Of a DNA stretch of 52,934 bases, positions 18,283 to 29,785 are shown in pieces (position 1 is the first letter of the stretch; the number at the start of each line of letters is the position of its first letter). Position numbers and translations under genes: made by a program. Source of the stretch: Candidatus Nomurabacteria bacterium (GTDB taxonomy: Bacteria; Patescibacteriota; Minisyncoccia; Phycocordibacterales; UBA9973); NCBI GenBank assembly GCA_026395895.1, contig JAPLXV010000022.1, forward strand, positions 1 to 52,934. Reading direction: 5' to 3'. The notes beneath the pieces are model-generated. The model saw only the letters and a program-made list of their open reading frames with translations, was not told the origin of the DNA and did not search any database.

Positions 18283-19173
18283 ATGGAAACACAAATACAA
18301 CAAGAACAGATTAGTCATGAGACAACTCTTTTTGCAGAGCCAGTTTTTCATTTTCAAAATTTTGCTATCACCAATGCTCTTTTGACTAGTTGGATTGCTG
18401 TCATTGTCATTATTATTTTATCTTTTGTTCTTCGTTCTAAACTGAAAGAAATCCCTGGTAAGATTCAAAATTTTTTTGAAATGGTTATTGAAGGCGCGCT
18501 TTCTATGTGTGATCAAGTGACAAATGACAGAGCTCTTTCTATGAAAATTTTTCCGATTGCTATTTCGGTTTTCTTTTTTATTTTAGTAAATAATTGGTTT
18601 GGTATACTTCCTTTGGGTGGTTTCGGACTTTTAGAGAGAGGAAAGGAAGGACTTTCTTTTGTCCCATTCCTGCGCGGAGGCACGGCGGATATAAACACCA
18701 CTATTGCTTTGGCTACTATGGCCGTGATCGGAGCCAATATTTTCGGTGTTTTTTCGATTGGTATCTGGAAAACTTTCAATAAATATGTTAATCTAAAAGT
18801 AATTGGACAAATAGGAAAAAAAATACGCAAAGATCCTACTGTTATTATTGTTGCTCCAATTACGTTCTTTGTTGGATTAATTGAAATTGTAGGCGAATTC
18901 GCCAAAATTGCTTCTCTCTCTTTTCGTCTCTTCGGAAACGTATTTGCTGGAGAAGTTTTACTTGTTTCCATGGCGGCCTTGGTTGGATATATTGTGCCAA
19001 TACCTTTTCTTTTTCTAGAAATATTGGTAGGAGTAATTCAAGCGCTTATTTTTTCAATTTTACTGGTTGTTTATTTTACTATTGCATCCACTGATCATGA
19101 TGAACATGATGAGCATGAAAAAAAACCTGCCTCGTCAAGTCAAGGCGGGCATGAGGTCGTTATTATTAATTAA
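18283..19173 (+). CDS. atpB: ATP synthase Fo subunit a
   Basis: TADINTT, SLSFRLFGNVFAGE, IQALIF. Confidence 0.96.
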   Translation: METQIQQEQISHETTLFAEPVFHFQNFAITNALLTSWIAVIVIIILSFVLRSKLKEIPGKIQNFFEMVIEGALSMCDQVTNDRALSMKIFPIAISVFFFILVNNWFGILPLGGFGLLERGKEGLSFVPFLRGGTADINTTIALATMAVIGANIFGVFSIGIWKTFNKYVNLKVIGQIGKKIRKDPTVIIVAPITFFVGLIEIVGEFAKIASLSFRLFGNVFAGEVLLVSMAALVGYIVPIPFLFLEILVGVIQALIFSILLVVYFTIASTDHDEHDEHEKKPASSSQGGHEVVIIN

Positions 19174-19395
<222 letters not shown>

Positions 19396-19407
19396 GTGAA
19401 AATTAAT

Positions 19408-19514
19408 GAACGGAGTGAATATAATTTTCCTTACCCTGTTAAATAAATTTTGCGGAGCAAAATTTGTCCTGCAGGACATTTAACAGGGTGGAAATTTATA
19501 TAGTCGCTCTGCTC
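19408..19514. repeat. Nested palindromic intergenic element
   Basis: accctgttaaat/atttaacagggt stem enclosing aaattttgc-gga-gcaaaattt and tgtcctgcaggaca, inside a longer imperfect hairpin. Confidence 0.8.
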
Positions 19515-19528
19515 TTTATAAATTAACC

Positions 19529-20020
19529 ATGGATTCAATCATCAACACATTTCACATAGACTTTAAAATTATTATTGCCCAAATTTTTAATTTTGGGATT
19601 GTTTTTGTAGTTTTATATATTTATGCCCTGAAGCCTTTAAATAAATTAATGAAGGAACGTTCAGAAAAAATAGCTAAAGGGGTGGATGATGCAAAATCAA
19701 ATGCTCAGATTCTAAATAATACCAAAGCTGAGTACGAAGAAGCTTTAACTAAAGCGCGCAAGGAAGCAGATAAAATATTTCAAGAAGGTAAAAAAGAAGC
19801 AGAAACCAAAAAAGCTTTAATGTTGGAAAAAGCAAAAGATGAAGTGGCTTTAATGATTGAAAGCGGAAAAAAGAATTTGGAAAATGAAAAAATAAAAATG
19901 GTGGCTGAAGCCAAAGAAGAAATTACTTCCTTGTCTGTAAAAATAGCAGAAAAAATATTAGGTAAAAATATTGATGGACATTTTGATCAGAAAACAATAA
20001 AAGAATTGGATAATATTTAA
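19529..20020 (+). CDS. atpF: ATP synthase Fo subunit b
   Basis: QIFNF TM, KPL...M.ER...I, coiled coil. Confidence 0.93.
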   Translation: MDSIINTFHIDFKIIIAQIFNFGIVFVVLYIYALKPLNKLMKERSEKIAKGVDDAKSNAQILNNTKAEYEEALTKARKEADKIFQEGKKEAETKKALMLEKAKDEVALMIESGKKNLENEKIKMVAEAKEEITSLSVKIAEKILGKNIDGHFDQKTIKELDNI

Positions 20021-20024
20021 AACC

Positions 20025-20435
20025 ATGGCAACTTTATTAAACAATGACATAGCCCGCGCGATTTACTTGGTTTCAAAAGATAAAACGCATACCGAACTTC
20101 ATGATGTAAATAAAAAAGTGATGGAATTTCTAGCTCGCAGACGATTACTATCAAAAACTCCTGACATATTAGAAAGATTAGATAAAATAATAAATTATGA
20201 AAGTGAAAAAATTGTAGTAAAAGTATCAAGTGCTCGAAAATTGAAAGAAGAACTGAAAAAAGAACTCATATTTTTTTTAAAGAAACGTTATAAAGTGAAA
20301 GAAGTTGTCCTCACCGAAACATTGGATGAAAAATTATTAGGAGGAATGAGATTAGAAATAAATGACGAGATAATTGATTTAACAGTAAAAAATAAAATTA
20401 AAAAATTACAAGAACATTTAATAAGAAAAATATGA
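20025..20435 (+). CDS. atpH: ATP synthase F1 subunit delta (short)
   Basis: V.SA..L, D..LLGG....I.D..ID; operon position. Confidence 0.88.
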   Translation: MATLLNNDIARAIYLVSKDKTHTELHDVNKKVMEFLARRRLLSKTPDILERLDKIINYESEKIVVKVSSARKLKEELKKELIFFLKKRYKVKEVVLTETLDEKLLGGMRLEINDEIIDLTVKNKIKKLQEHLIRKI

Positions 20436-21934
20436 GCACCAATTATATAGTAGAAAATTTAAAAAAAGATATAGATAATTTTTCATCACAGATAAAAGCC
20501 GAAAAAGTTGGTCATGTCTTGGAAGTTTTTGACGGTATCGCAAAAATATCTGGACTTTCGGATATAAAATCGTCTGAAATGGTTACTTTTCCTAATGGTG
20601 AAATGGGTGTGGCTCTCAACCTAGAAGAGGATACTGTGGGAGTTATCATTTTTGATGATTTTTCAAAAATAAAAGAAGGGGATGAAGTGAAAGCTACTGG
20701 AAAAATTTTGGAAGTTCCGGTTTCAGACAATATTATAGGAAGAGTAGTAAATGCTTTAGGTGTAGAAATTGATGGAAAAGGAGTAATCAAAGCAGACAAA
20801 ACCTATCCGATTGAAAAAGTTGCTCCGGGAGTTATTACTCGTCTTTCTGTGGACAAGCCAGTGGCTACAGGGATTAAAGTCATTGATGCAATTATTCCTA
20901 TCGGTCGTGGACAGCGTGAACTTATCATCGGTGACCGTCAAACTGGTAAAACTGCTATTGCTGTGGATACGATTTTAAATCAAAAAGGTCAAAACATGAT
21001 TTGTGTTTATGTTTCTATCGGCCAGAAAGATTCTAAACTTCGCAAAATTCAAACTCGTTTAGAAAAGGGTGGCGCTATGGCTTACACTATTATTGTATCT
21101 GCGGGATCTTCAGAACCGGCTCCATTGTCTTATATTGCTCCATATACCGGAGTTTCTATCGCGGAATATTTTATGGATCAAGGAAAAGATGTTTTAATAA
21201 TTTATGATGACCTTTCTAAACATGCCGTAGCATATCGTGAAATTTCTCTTTTACTCCGACGTCCACCAGGCCGTGAAGCATTTCCTGGAGATGTTTTTTA
21301 TTTGCACTCTCGTTTACTTGAACGCGCTTGCCGAAGAAATCAGGAATATGGAGGTGGTTCCATTACTGCTTTACCAATAGTGGAAACCCAAGCCGGAGAC
21401 GTGACTGCTTATATTCCAACCAATGTTATTTCCATTACGGATGGGCAAATCTTTCTTGAAACAGATCTTTTTTATAAAGGTATTCGTCCAGCGGTGAACG
21501 TCGGTCTCTCAGTTTCTCGCGTAGGGTCAAAAGCACAAATTAAAGCAATGAAAAAAGTAGCCGGAACTTTGAAATTAGACTTGGCCCAATATCGCGAACT
21601 TGAAGCTTTTGCTCAATTTGGTTCTGACCTTGATAATGCCACCAAACAACAACTTGAACGTGGTAAGCGCGCAGTGGAAGTGTTAAAACAACCCCAATAT
21701 GCCCCGATGGCCGTAGAACGCCAAGTAGCAATACTTTATGCTTTGACTAAAGGTTATTTGGATGATGTGCCGGTAGATAAAATTAAAGAATTTGAAGAAG
21801 GTTTAATAAATTATACAGAAAATAAAACTAAAAAGTTTTATAAAGAAATTACTGAAACAAATATGTGGACCGATACAGGCGAAGCAGAATTAAAAAAAGC
21901 GATAGAAGATTTTAAGACAAGTTTTGTGAAATAA
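20432..21934 (+). CDS. atpA: ATP synthase F1 subunit alpha
   Basis: [29 protein letters not shown]. Confidence 0.98.
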   Translation: MSTNYIVENLKKDIDNFSSQIKAEKVGHVLEVFDGIAKISGLSDIKSSEMVTFPNGEMGVALNLEEDTVGVIIFDDFSKIKEGDEVKATGKILEVPVSDNIIGRVVNALGVEIDGKGVIKADKTYPIEKVAPGVITRLSVDKPVATGIKVIDAIIPIGRGQRELIIGDRQTGKTAIAVDTILNQKGQNMICVYVSIGQKDSKLRKIQTRLEKGGAMAYTIIVSAGSSEPAPLSYIAPYTGVSIAEYFMDQGKDVLIIYDDLSKHAVAYREISLLLRRPPGREAFPGDVFYLHSRLLERACRRNQEYGGGSITALPIVETQAGDVTAYIPTNVISITDGQIFLETDLFYKGIRPAVNVGLSVSRVGSKAQIKAMKKVAGTLKLDLAQYRELEAFAQFGSDLDNATKQQLERGKRAVEVLKQPQYAPMAVERQVAILYALTKGYLDDVPVDKIKEFEEGLINYTENKTKKFYKEITETNMWTDTGEAELKKAIEDFKTSFVK

Positions 21935-21935
21935 A

Positions 21936-22253
21936 ATGCTTGGAAAATCATCACAAATTAATAATGATTTTTGGGAAGAGTCTTCAGAATTTGAACTTAA
22001 AATGGGACATTTTTTAAATGGAAGAATGAACAAAGACGAAGCTGAAGATTTTGTTAATGAATGTTTGGAGGATAAAAAGAAATTAGAAGATCTTATAGAT
22101 TCTCAAAGAATTCATAATATATTACAAAAATTAATAAATGATTCAGATTTTTTAGATAAAATTAAAAAAATGGATATTGAGCATCAAAGACAAGAAAAAG
22201 TAAAAAAAATATTGAAAGATATTTATGGTGTTGATTTTAATAACCTTAATTAA
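21936..22253 (+). CDS. Hypothetical protein inserted in atp operon
   Basis: 105-aa acidic ORF tightly packed between atpA and the Bro-N gene; no recognisable motif. Confidence 0.6.
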   Translation: MLGKSSQINNDFWEESSEFELKMGHFLNGRMNKDEAEDFVNECLEDKKKLEDLIDSQRIHNILQKLINDSDFLDKIKKMDIEHQRQEKVKKILKDIYGVDFNNLN

Positions 22254-22256
22254 TCT

Positions 22257-23096
22257 ATGGCAAGTACTAAAGAAAAAATTAAAAATATTGCATTATTTGA
22301 AGGAAATAAAGTCCGTCGTGTTTGGTATGAAAACAAATGGTTTTTTGTTATTTCCGATATTGTTTTTGTGTTAACTGAATCAAATGATGTAAAACAATAT
22401 GTTAAAAAAATGAGAGTAAGAGATCCAGAGCTTTCTGTCAAGTGGGGTACAATTTGTACCCCACTTCCAGTTGTTTCAAGGGACGGGAAACAGAGAGAAG
22501 AATTAACGGCTGATTTGGAGGATATTTTTCGTATTATTCAATCCATCCCATCCCCAAAAGCTGAACCATTCAAACAATGGCTTGCGAAAGTCGGAAAGGA
22601 AAGAGTAGATGAAATCCAAAATCCAGAACTTGCCATGGAACGAATGAAAAGTTTATATGAACAAAAAGGTTATCCCAATGATTGGGTTGCAAAAAGGATG
22701 CGTGGTATCGCTGTTCGTAATACCTTGACGGATGAATGGGATAAGCGGGGACTTAAAAAAGGAATTGAGTACGCAATTTTGACTAATGAGATAATACAAG
22801 GAACTTTTGATATGAAAGTGGATGATTATAAAAAACATAAAAATCTTTTTGTCCAACATAATTTGCGCGACCATATGGGAGATATTGAGCTTATATTGAC
22901 CATGCTTGCCGAAGCAACAACAACCAAGCTTTCTGTGGACCGTGATTCAAAAGGTTTTAATAAGTTACATAATGATGCAAAAGAAGGAGGAGAAATAGCA
23001 GGAGAAACACGCAGAAAAATAGAAAATCGTTCTGGTAAAAAAATATCAACAAAAAATAATTTTTTAAATATTAAAAATAAGAAGAGATTAAAATAA
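22257..23096 (+). CDS. Bro-N domain protein (phage antirepressor-like)
   Basis: VRRVW...W.F.I.D.V..LT, RIIQSIPSPKAEPFK.WLA, LTDEW, NLRDHM. Confidence 0.88.
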   Translation: MASTKEKIKNIALFEGNKVRRVWYENKWFFVISDIVFVLTESNDVKQYVKKMRVRDPELSVKWGTICTPLPVVSRDGKQREELTADLEDIFRIIQSIPSPKAEPFKQWLAKVGKERVDEIQNPELAMERMKSLYEQKGYPNDWVAKRMRGIAVRNTLTDEWDKRGLKKGIEYAILTNEIIQGTFDMKVDDYKKHKNLFVQHNLRDHMGDIELILTMLAEATTTKLSVDRDSKGFNKLHNDAKEGGEIAGETRRKIENRSGKKISTKNNFLNIKNKKRLK

Positions 23097-23115
23097 AATA
23101 TGTTAATATAATTTT

Positions 23116-24066
23116 ATGGCATCAACCAAAGAAATTAAAAGAAGAATAAAGAGTGTGAAGAGCACAAAGAAAATCACTAAAGCGATGGAACTTGTGGCTG
23201 CTTCCAAAATGAAGAGAGCAGTCTCTTCAACTCTGGCTTCACGTTTGTATGCGGAATATTCTTGGGAAGTTTTAACTTCCATTGCTAAAAATACAGAAAA
23301 GATAACTCATCCACTTTTTGTAGAACGTGAAGTAAAAAATATTTTACTTCTTCTCATTACTTCCAATCGTGGACTCTGCGGTGCATATAATACGCAGGTT
23401 ATTAAAAAAGTTTTGGCTTTTCTTCAAAATTCCCAAAAGACGGTCTTTGGGGAAGAATCCAAAAGACCGTCTTTTGGGATTGATATTGTGGCTATCGGCA
23501 AAAAAGGAGACGTAATGATGCGTCGGGTAGGCAAAAATATTATTGCTAGTTTTTTTGAATTGCCAAGCAATGTTTCTCTTTTTGATATTATTCCAATATC
23601 TGAATTGGCGGTCAATGAATACAATCTTTTAAATTATGACAAAGTTTTGGTTGCTTATACTGATTTTGTTTCTGCTCTTTCCCAAAAACCAAATATTAAA
23701 CAAATCATTCCAGTTTCTAAAACAGATTTGAAAGAATTAATTGAAAAAGTTGCGGAAGCCGGTCTTCCGCGAGAAGAACGCGGAAGACCGGCTTCCGCAG
23801 AGAAACCAGTAGATTATTTATTCGAAGGAGATCAAGAAGCACTTATTGGTTCATTAGCAGAAAAAATAACTCGTATGCAAATATATCAAATGTTTCTTGA
23901 ATCTAACGCTTCCGAACAATCTTCTCGAATGGTCGCTATGAAGAATGCTTCAGATGCTGCAGGAGAAATGATAGATGATTTAACATTAGTATTTAACAAA
24001 GCTCGCCAGAGTAATATTACCAGAGAAATTTCGGAAATAAGTGCTGGTATGGCGAGTGTGAATTAG
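23116..24066 (+). CDS. atpG: ATP synthase F1 subunit gamma
   Basis: KITKAMELVAASK, RGLCGAYN, SEQSSRMVAM, RQ..IT.EI.EI. Confidence 0.97.
   Translation: MASTKEIKRRIKSVKSTKKITKAMELVAASKMKRAVSSTLASRLYAEYSWEVLTSIAKNTEKITHPLFVEREVKNILLLLITSNRGLCGAYNTQVIKKVLAFLQNSQKTVFGEESKRPSFGIDIVAIGKKGDVMMRRVGKNIIASFFELPSNVSLFDIIPISELAVNEYNLLNYDKVLVAYTDFVSALSQKPNIKQIIPVSKTDLKELIEKVAEAGLPREERGRPASAEKPVDYLFEGDQEALIGSLAEKITRMQIYQMFLESNASEQSSRMVAMKNASDAAGEMIDDLTLVFNKARQSNITREISEISAGMASVN
23431..23479. repeat. In-frame palindromic doublet in atpG
   Basis: Perfect 18-bp IR tcccaaaagacggtcttt / aaagaccgtcttttggga; encodes SQKTVFGEESKRPSFG. Confidence 0.88.
23751..23799. repeat. Second in-frame palindromic doublet in atpG
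   Basis: Perfect 21-bp IR tgcggaagccggtcttccgcg, 7-nt loop; encodes AEAGLPREERGRPASA. Confidence 0.92.
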
Positions 24067-24074
24067 AGCGGGAA

Positions 24075-24112
24075 AAGGCCTTGCCTTAAAAGGAGCCCAA
24101 AGGCAAGGCCTT
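24075..24112. repeat. Intergenic palindromic doublet (copy 1, before atpD)
   Basis: aaggccttgcctt-12 nt-aaggcaaggcctt. Confidence 0.85.
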
Positions 24113-24159
24113 AAAGAGCTAAAAATTATTATTAATATTATAAAAATAACAAAAAGTAA

Positions 24160-25515
<1,356 letters not shown>

Positions 25516-25530
25516 AAATTTAAAATAGCT

Positions 25531-25567
25531 AGACCTTGCCTTAAAGGGAACCCAAAGGCAAGGCCTT
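25531..25567. repeat. Intergenic palindromic doublet (copy 2, after atpD)
   Basis: 34/37 identical to 24076-24112. Confidence 0.85.
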
Positions 25568-25593
25568 GAGGAGAAAATTTTAGAAATAAATTT

Positions 25594-26037
25594 ATGAAAC
25601 AATTAAAATTAAAAATAATAACACCAGAAAGATTAATCCTTGAAGAAATGGTAGATCAAGTAAGTTTACCGACTACTCTCGGCGAAATTACTGTTTTGCC
25701 GGACCATATTCCACTAATTACTGGACTTACTTCTGGTGATGTGGTGGCTTTAGTAAATGGTGAACATGTACCGATGGCCGTTGTTGGTGGATTTTTGGAA
25801 GTAAAACAGGATGAGAATGGAATTACCAATGTGGCTGTTTTGGCTGATTTTGCTGAACATATGTCAGAACTTTCTGATGAAGCGATAGAAAAAGCCAAAG
25901 CTCGTGCCGAAGAACTCAGGAAACAAATGGAAAATAAAGAAGTTGTTGATTACGAACATTTTGCTGCAGAACTTGAACGCTCTCTCACTCGGGTAAAAAT
26001 CGCCGACAAGTGGAGAACAAAGAAATATAGAAAATAA
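25594..26037 (+). CDS. atpC: ATP synthase F1 subunit epsilon
   Basis: IITPE, GEITVLPDHIP, GGFLEV. Confidence 0.95.
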   Translation: MKQLKLKIITPERLILEEMVDQVSLPTTLGEITVLPDHIPLITGLTSGDVVALVNGEHVPMAVVGGFLEVKQDENGITNVAVLADFAEHMSELSDEAIEKAKARAEELRKQMENKEVVDYEHFAAELERSLTRVKIADKWRTKKYRK

Positions 26038-26038
26038 G

Positions 26039-26749
26039 ATGAGTAAATTTTATGTAGTGGCGACGCCAATAGGGAATATGGGAGACATCACTCTTCGGGC
26101 TATTGAGACGCTCAAGGAGGTGGATTTGATATTGTGCGAAGATACTCGAGAAACAAAAAAAATTTTACAGAAATATAATATAAATACTCCGACCATGAGT
26201 TATCATAGTCAAAGTAAATTAAATAAAGTAGATAAAATTTTTGCATTATTAGAGGAAGGAAAAAATTTAGCTTTAGTTTCGGATGCTGGTACTCCCACTA
26301 TTTCTGATCCAGGGGCAATGCTAATCGCAAAAATCAAAGAAGTTTCCCCGAAGCCCAGCTTAGGGGAATTTCCCCTAAGCTGGGCTTCGAGGATAGAGGT
26401 TATACCCATTCCCGGTGCTACAGCTGTCATCGCTGCACTTTCGGCTTCGGGATTACCAACACATGAATTTACTTTTCTTGGTTTTCTTCCGCACAAAAAA
26501 GGGAGAGAAACTTTATTTAAAGAAATTGCCGAATCAAAACGTACCATGGTTTTTTATGAATCTCCACATCGTATTTTGAAAACATTAAAATCCCTACAAA
26601 AATTTTGTCCCAACAAAAAAGTCTGTTTGGCTCGTGAAATTACTAAAATTTATGAAGAATTCAAAACCGGTTCTCCATCTGAACTCCTAGAATACCTAAC
26701 CCAAAATCCTATTCACCAAAAAGGGGAGTTTACGGTGCTAGTTTCCTAA
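26039..26749 (+). CDS. rsmI: 16S rRNA C1402 2'-O-methyltransferase
   Basis: VATPIGN..DIT.RA, CEDTR, SDAGTP.ISDPG, YESPHR, REITK.YEE. Confidence 0.95.
   Translation: MSKFYVVATPIGNMGDITLRAIETLKEVDLILCEDTRETKKILQKYNINTPTMSYHSQSKLNKVDKIFALLEEGKNLALVSDAGTPTISDPGAMLIAKIKEVSPKPSLGEFPLSWASRIEVIPIPGATAVIAALSASGLPTHEFTFLGFLPHKKGRETLFKEIAESKRTMVFYESPHRILKTLKSLQKFCPNKKVCLAREITKIYEEFKTGSPSELLEYLTQNPIHQKGEFTVLVS
26343..26393. repeat. In-frame palindromic element in rsmI (same family as gatB 6622)
   Basis: 25-nt arm tttccccgaagcccagcttagggga identical to gatB 6621-6645, read in a different frame (SPKPSLGEFPLSWASR). Confidence 0.92.
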
Positions 26750-26751
26750 TT

Positions 26752-28734
26752 TTACAACAAATCTTCTGGGTCTACGAAAACTTCGTAGGAAGGAGGTAAA
26801 GAAGACAACAAATTAAATAAATTTTGGTCTATTGAGGAATTATGAGAAAGTTCGGGCAAAGACCATTTTTGTGAGTCTAATTTTATTAGAGCATTGGTAA
26901 CGTATTGATTTTTATTTTTGGGGATAAATCCACTAAAAATCTCAGGAGCATATTCTTTAAAAACTTCTCGTAATGCTTTTTTAGCTTCTATTGAACCTTC
27001 TTTATCTCCTAAATAAGTAATTTTAATAAAACGTTTATAGGGTGGATAATTTAAATTTTTTCTATCTTCCAATTCTTCTCGCACAAAAGAAAGCAGATTT
27101 TCTGATTTAATGGCCAGAAGGGCAGGGTCGTTTTTATTTTTAGTCTGAATAATTATTTTCTTTTCTGTTTTTGAAATGATAGAAAGCAAAAGCTGAATTA
27201 TCTTTTCACTCATTTTGTAATTTGGAATACTCCACAAAGAATCAAATGAAGCAATAATAGACAAATCAACTTTTTCTTTGAGATAAAAGAAAGCCATTTC
27301 CGTACCCACTAAAATAGAACCAGAATTTTTCTCGAACTCCTTTAAAATTTTTTCTGCCTCTTTGTTTGTTTTTACGGATTCCCTGTCTAATTTAAAAATC
27401 TTGATTTTTGGAAATTTACTTTTTATTTCTTCAAAAACAGTATCGGTGCCAATTCCTAAAGGCATTAAATTCCAGCCTCCGCAATTGGAACATTTAGTTT
27501 CAGGGTCTTTTTCGGTATTACATTTATTACAAACAAACATTCTTTTTTTGCCATCACGAGAAAGGTAAAGAACGACCGGAGCCAAACATTTTTCACAGTT
27601 TATAGTTTCATTACAATCTTTACATATAGTGTAGGTAGCTAATCCCTTGCGAAGCGAAAAGATAAAAACATTTTTTTTATTTTTTAATGAATGTTCTATT
27701 TCCTCGATACTTTTTTCAGAGAATATTTTAAACTTGGAGGCCTTGTTTTCGCTTTGAGAAAGTAAGGTCTCTTTTGGATTTGGATTTATGATACTTATCA
27801 TTGTCTCGTCAAAATTGGTCCTAAAAGACAAAGGATAAACTTCACTTAAGCCATCTATTTCTTTTCTAGCGATAGTTTCATAACGCAACAATGTGTCAGC
27901 CAATATAAATTTTGCATTAATTTTTGCAGCAAAAACTTCTGCAAAAATTCTTAAATCAAAATGAGGCCTAGGAAACATTTTATAAGCATATGAATTTTCA
28001 TGTTCTACAATGATAGCCCCTAAATCAGCGCGAGGAATAGATAAATATTGTGCGGTTCCTAGTATTAATACCCCGTGTGGAGAATTTATTATTTGTTCAT
28101 AATCCTCAATGATTTTTTTAGTCCTTAATCCTCCATGCATAACAAAAGTAAAGTTTTCAATACCTTTTGAAAGCGCTTGTTGAAATATTTCTATATCATA
28201 TTCTGTCGGTAAGACTATAAAAACAGATTTTTTGAGAGCAAAATATCCACGAATTAAAGTTTTATAAAAAGAAATACGATCTTCCAATTGAGCTTGCAGA
28301 AGTAATTTTTCAGTTTTTACCAAAGGACGGTCCTTAAGAGAGTTTCCCCAAGGGCCGTCCTTAAGAAATTCGTTATTCGTAAATTTTTCTATCACATCAT
28401 ATTTTTCTCGGAAGATAGCTGGAATAAAAGAAATGACTCCGCTATTTTTTTTAGAAACAAAATAGGAACTTAATTCAAAAGCAGATTCAATAAGTTCGTT
28501 TCTAAAAATAGAATGTTCTTTTATTTCAGTTATTTTTTTTAATTTGAAGGACATATCTTTTATGCCCGATTTAACATTACTCACATCTTGGCAGGAGACA
28601 ACTAAACCCAAAATTTTTTTACTGCGTATTGGAATACTGACAATACTTCCATTTTTAATATCTTTGGCGGTAAAATAAGTCAAATCTGTCTTGAAGGCCC
28701 CTTTTTCTAGTGGTATGACTGTCACAATTTTCAT
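26752..28734 (-). CDS. priA: Primosomal protein N' (PriA), degenerate helicase motifs
   Basis: N-terminal LTY..G..V.IP, RKG...CxxC..CxxC..CxxC..CxxC, G.GT, ILVGT, YPPY; Walker A and DEEH absent. Confidence 0.85.
   Translation of the reverse strand: MKIVTVIPLEKGAFKTDLTYFTAKDIKNGSIVSIPIRSKKILGLVVSCQDVSNVKSGIKDMSFKLKKITEIKEHSIFRNELIESAFELSSYFVSKKNSGVISFIPAIFREKYDVIEKFTNNEFLKDGPWGNSLKDRPLVKTEKLLLQAQLEDRISFYKTLIRGYFALKKSVFIVLPTEYDIEIFQQALSKGIENFTFVMHGGLRTKKIIEDYEQIINSPHGVLILGTAQYLSIPRADLGAIIVEHENSYAYKMFPRPHFDLRIFAEVFAAKINAKFILADTLLRYETIARKEIDGLSEVYPLSFRTNFDETMISIINPNPKETLLSQSENKASKFKIFSEKSIEEIEHSLKNKKNVFIFSLRKGLATYTICKDCNETINCEKCLAPVVLYLSRDGKKRMFVCNKCNTEKDPETKCSNCGGWNLMPLGIGTDTVFEEIKSKFPKIKIFKLDRESVKTNKEAEKILKEFEKNSGSILVGTEMAFFYLKEKVDLSIIASFDSLWSIPNYKMSEKIIQLLLSIISKTEKKIIIQTKNKNDPALLAIKSENLLSFVREELEDRKNLNYPPYKRFIKITYLGDKEGSIEAKKALREVFKEYAPEIFSGFIPKNKNQYVTNALIKLDSQKWSLPELSHNSSIDQNLFNLLSSLPPSYEVFVDPEDLL
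28323..28362. repeat. In-frame palindromic doublet in priA
   Basis: aaggacggtcctt-14 nt-aagggccgtcctt (12/13 IR); encodes KDGPWGNSLKDRP. Confidence 0.75.
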
Positions 28735-28771
28735 CTTTTCATTCTATCATAATTTGTGATATATTAACGAG

Positions 28772-29785
28772 ATGAGAATGTTTTCAAGAAAATTAGGCAT
28801 AGATTTAGGTACAGCCAACACTTTGGTGTTTTTGCCTGGGAAAGGAGTGGTTTTAAACGAGCCTTCAGTGGTAGCGGTTTCAGAGCAAGACAATAAAATC
28901 CTAGCTATTGGTTTTGAGGCTAAAGATATGATTGGAAAAACGCCAGATTCTATCATAACTTATTGCCCAATGAAAGATGGAGTGATTGCAGATTATCGAG
29001 TGACCGAAGCGATGCTCCGTTATTTTATTAACAAAGCACTTGGGAAATTTAATCTTTTTAAACCAGACGTAATGGTTTCAGTACCGGCTGGAGTTACTTC
29101 TACCGAACGCAGAGCGGTGGTGGAGGCAGCTATACGGGCAGGTGCAAAAAATGCTTATGTAGTGAAAGAACCTATTTTAGCCGCCATTGGTGCTGGTATT
29201 CCAATTTACGAATCAAAAGGATATATGGTAGTTGATATTGGCGGAGGTACAACAGATGTAGCTGTTATTTCTCTTGGTGGAATAGTTTCTTCTACTTCAG
29301 TAAAGTGCGCAGGAAATAAAATTGATCAGGCTATTGCTGATTACATTAAAAAAACTTTTAATTTAGCCATAGGGGATAGAACAGCCGAAGAAGTAAAAAT
29401 AAAAATAGGCGCAGCCGTTCCACTTGAAGAAGAATTGAGAGTAACCATTAAGGGACGCGATTTTATTCAAGGTTTGCCTCGTTCTGCTCAAGTTGGCACT
29501 AATGAAATAGTCAAAGCCATAGATGGAGAATTAAAACAAATAATAAAAGCGATAAAAGATGTATTGCAAGAAACTCCTCCCGAGCTCGCTTCTGATATTA
29601 TGGATTATGGAATTATTATGACCGGTGGTTCATCACAATTACGAAATTTTGCGGATTTAGTTTATAGAAAAACTGGAGTGAAAGCTACTGTAGCTGAAGA
29701 TGCTCTTTTTTGTGTAGTAAAAGGCACAGGTATTGCGCTGGAACATTTGGATGTGTATAAGAAAACTGTTTTAAGTAAAAAATAA
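28772..29785 (+). CDS. mreB: Rod shape-determining protein MreB
   Basis: GIDLGTANT, EPSVVA, DIGGGTT, PPELA.DI. Confidence 0.97.
   Translation: MRMFSRKLGIDLGTANTLVFLPGKGVVLNEPSVVAVSEQDNKILAIGFEAKDMIGKTPDSIITYCPMKDGVIADYRVTEAMLRYFINKALGKFNLFKPDVMVSVPAGVTSTERRAVVEAAIRAGAKNAYVVKEPILAAIGAGIPIYESKGYMVVDIGGGTTDVAVISLGGIVSSTSVKCAGNKIDQAIADYIKKTFNLAIGDRTAEEVKIKIGAAVPLEEELRVTIKGRDFIQGLPRSAQVGTNEIVKAIDGELKQIIKAIKDVLQETPPELASDIMDYGIIMTGGSSQLRNFADLVYRKTGVKATVAEDALFCVVKGTGIALEHLDVYKKTVLSKK

Noticed and set aside
21936-23096. Prophage at the Bro-N gene
   Set aside because: No integrase, structural or replication genes nearby.
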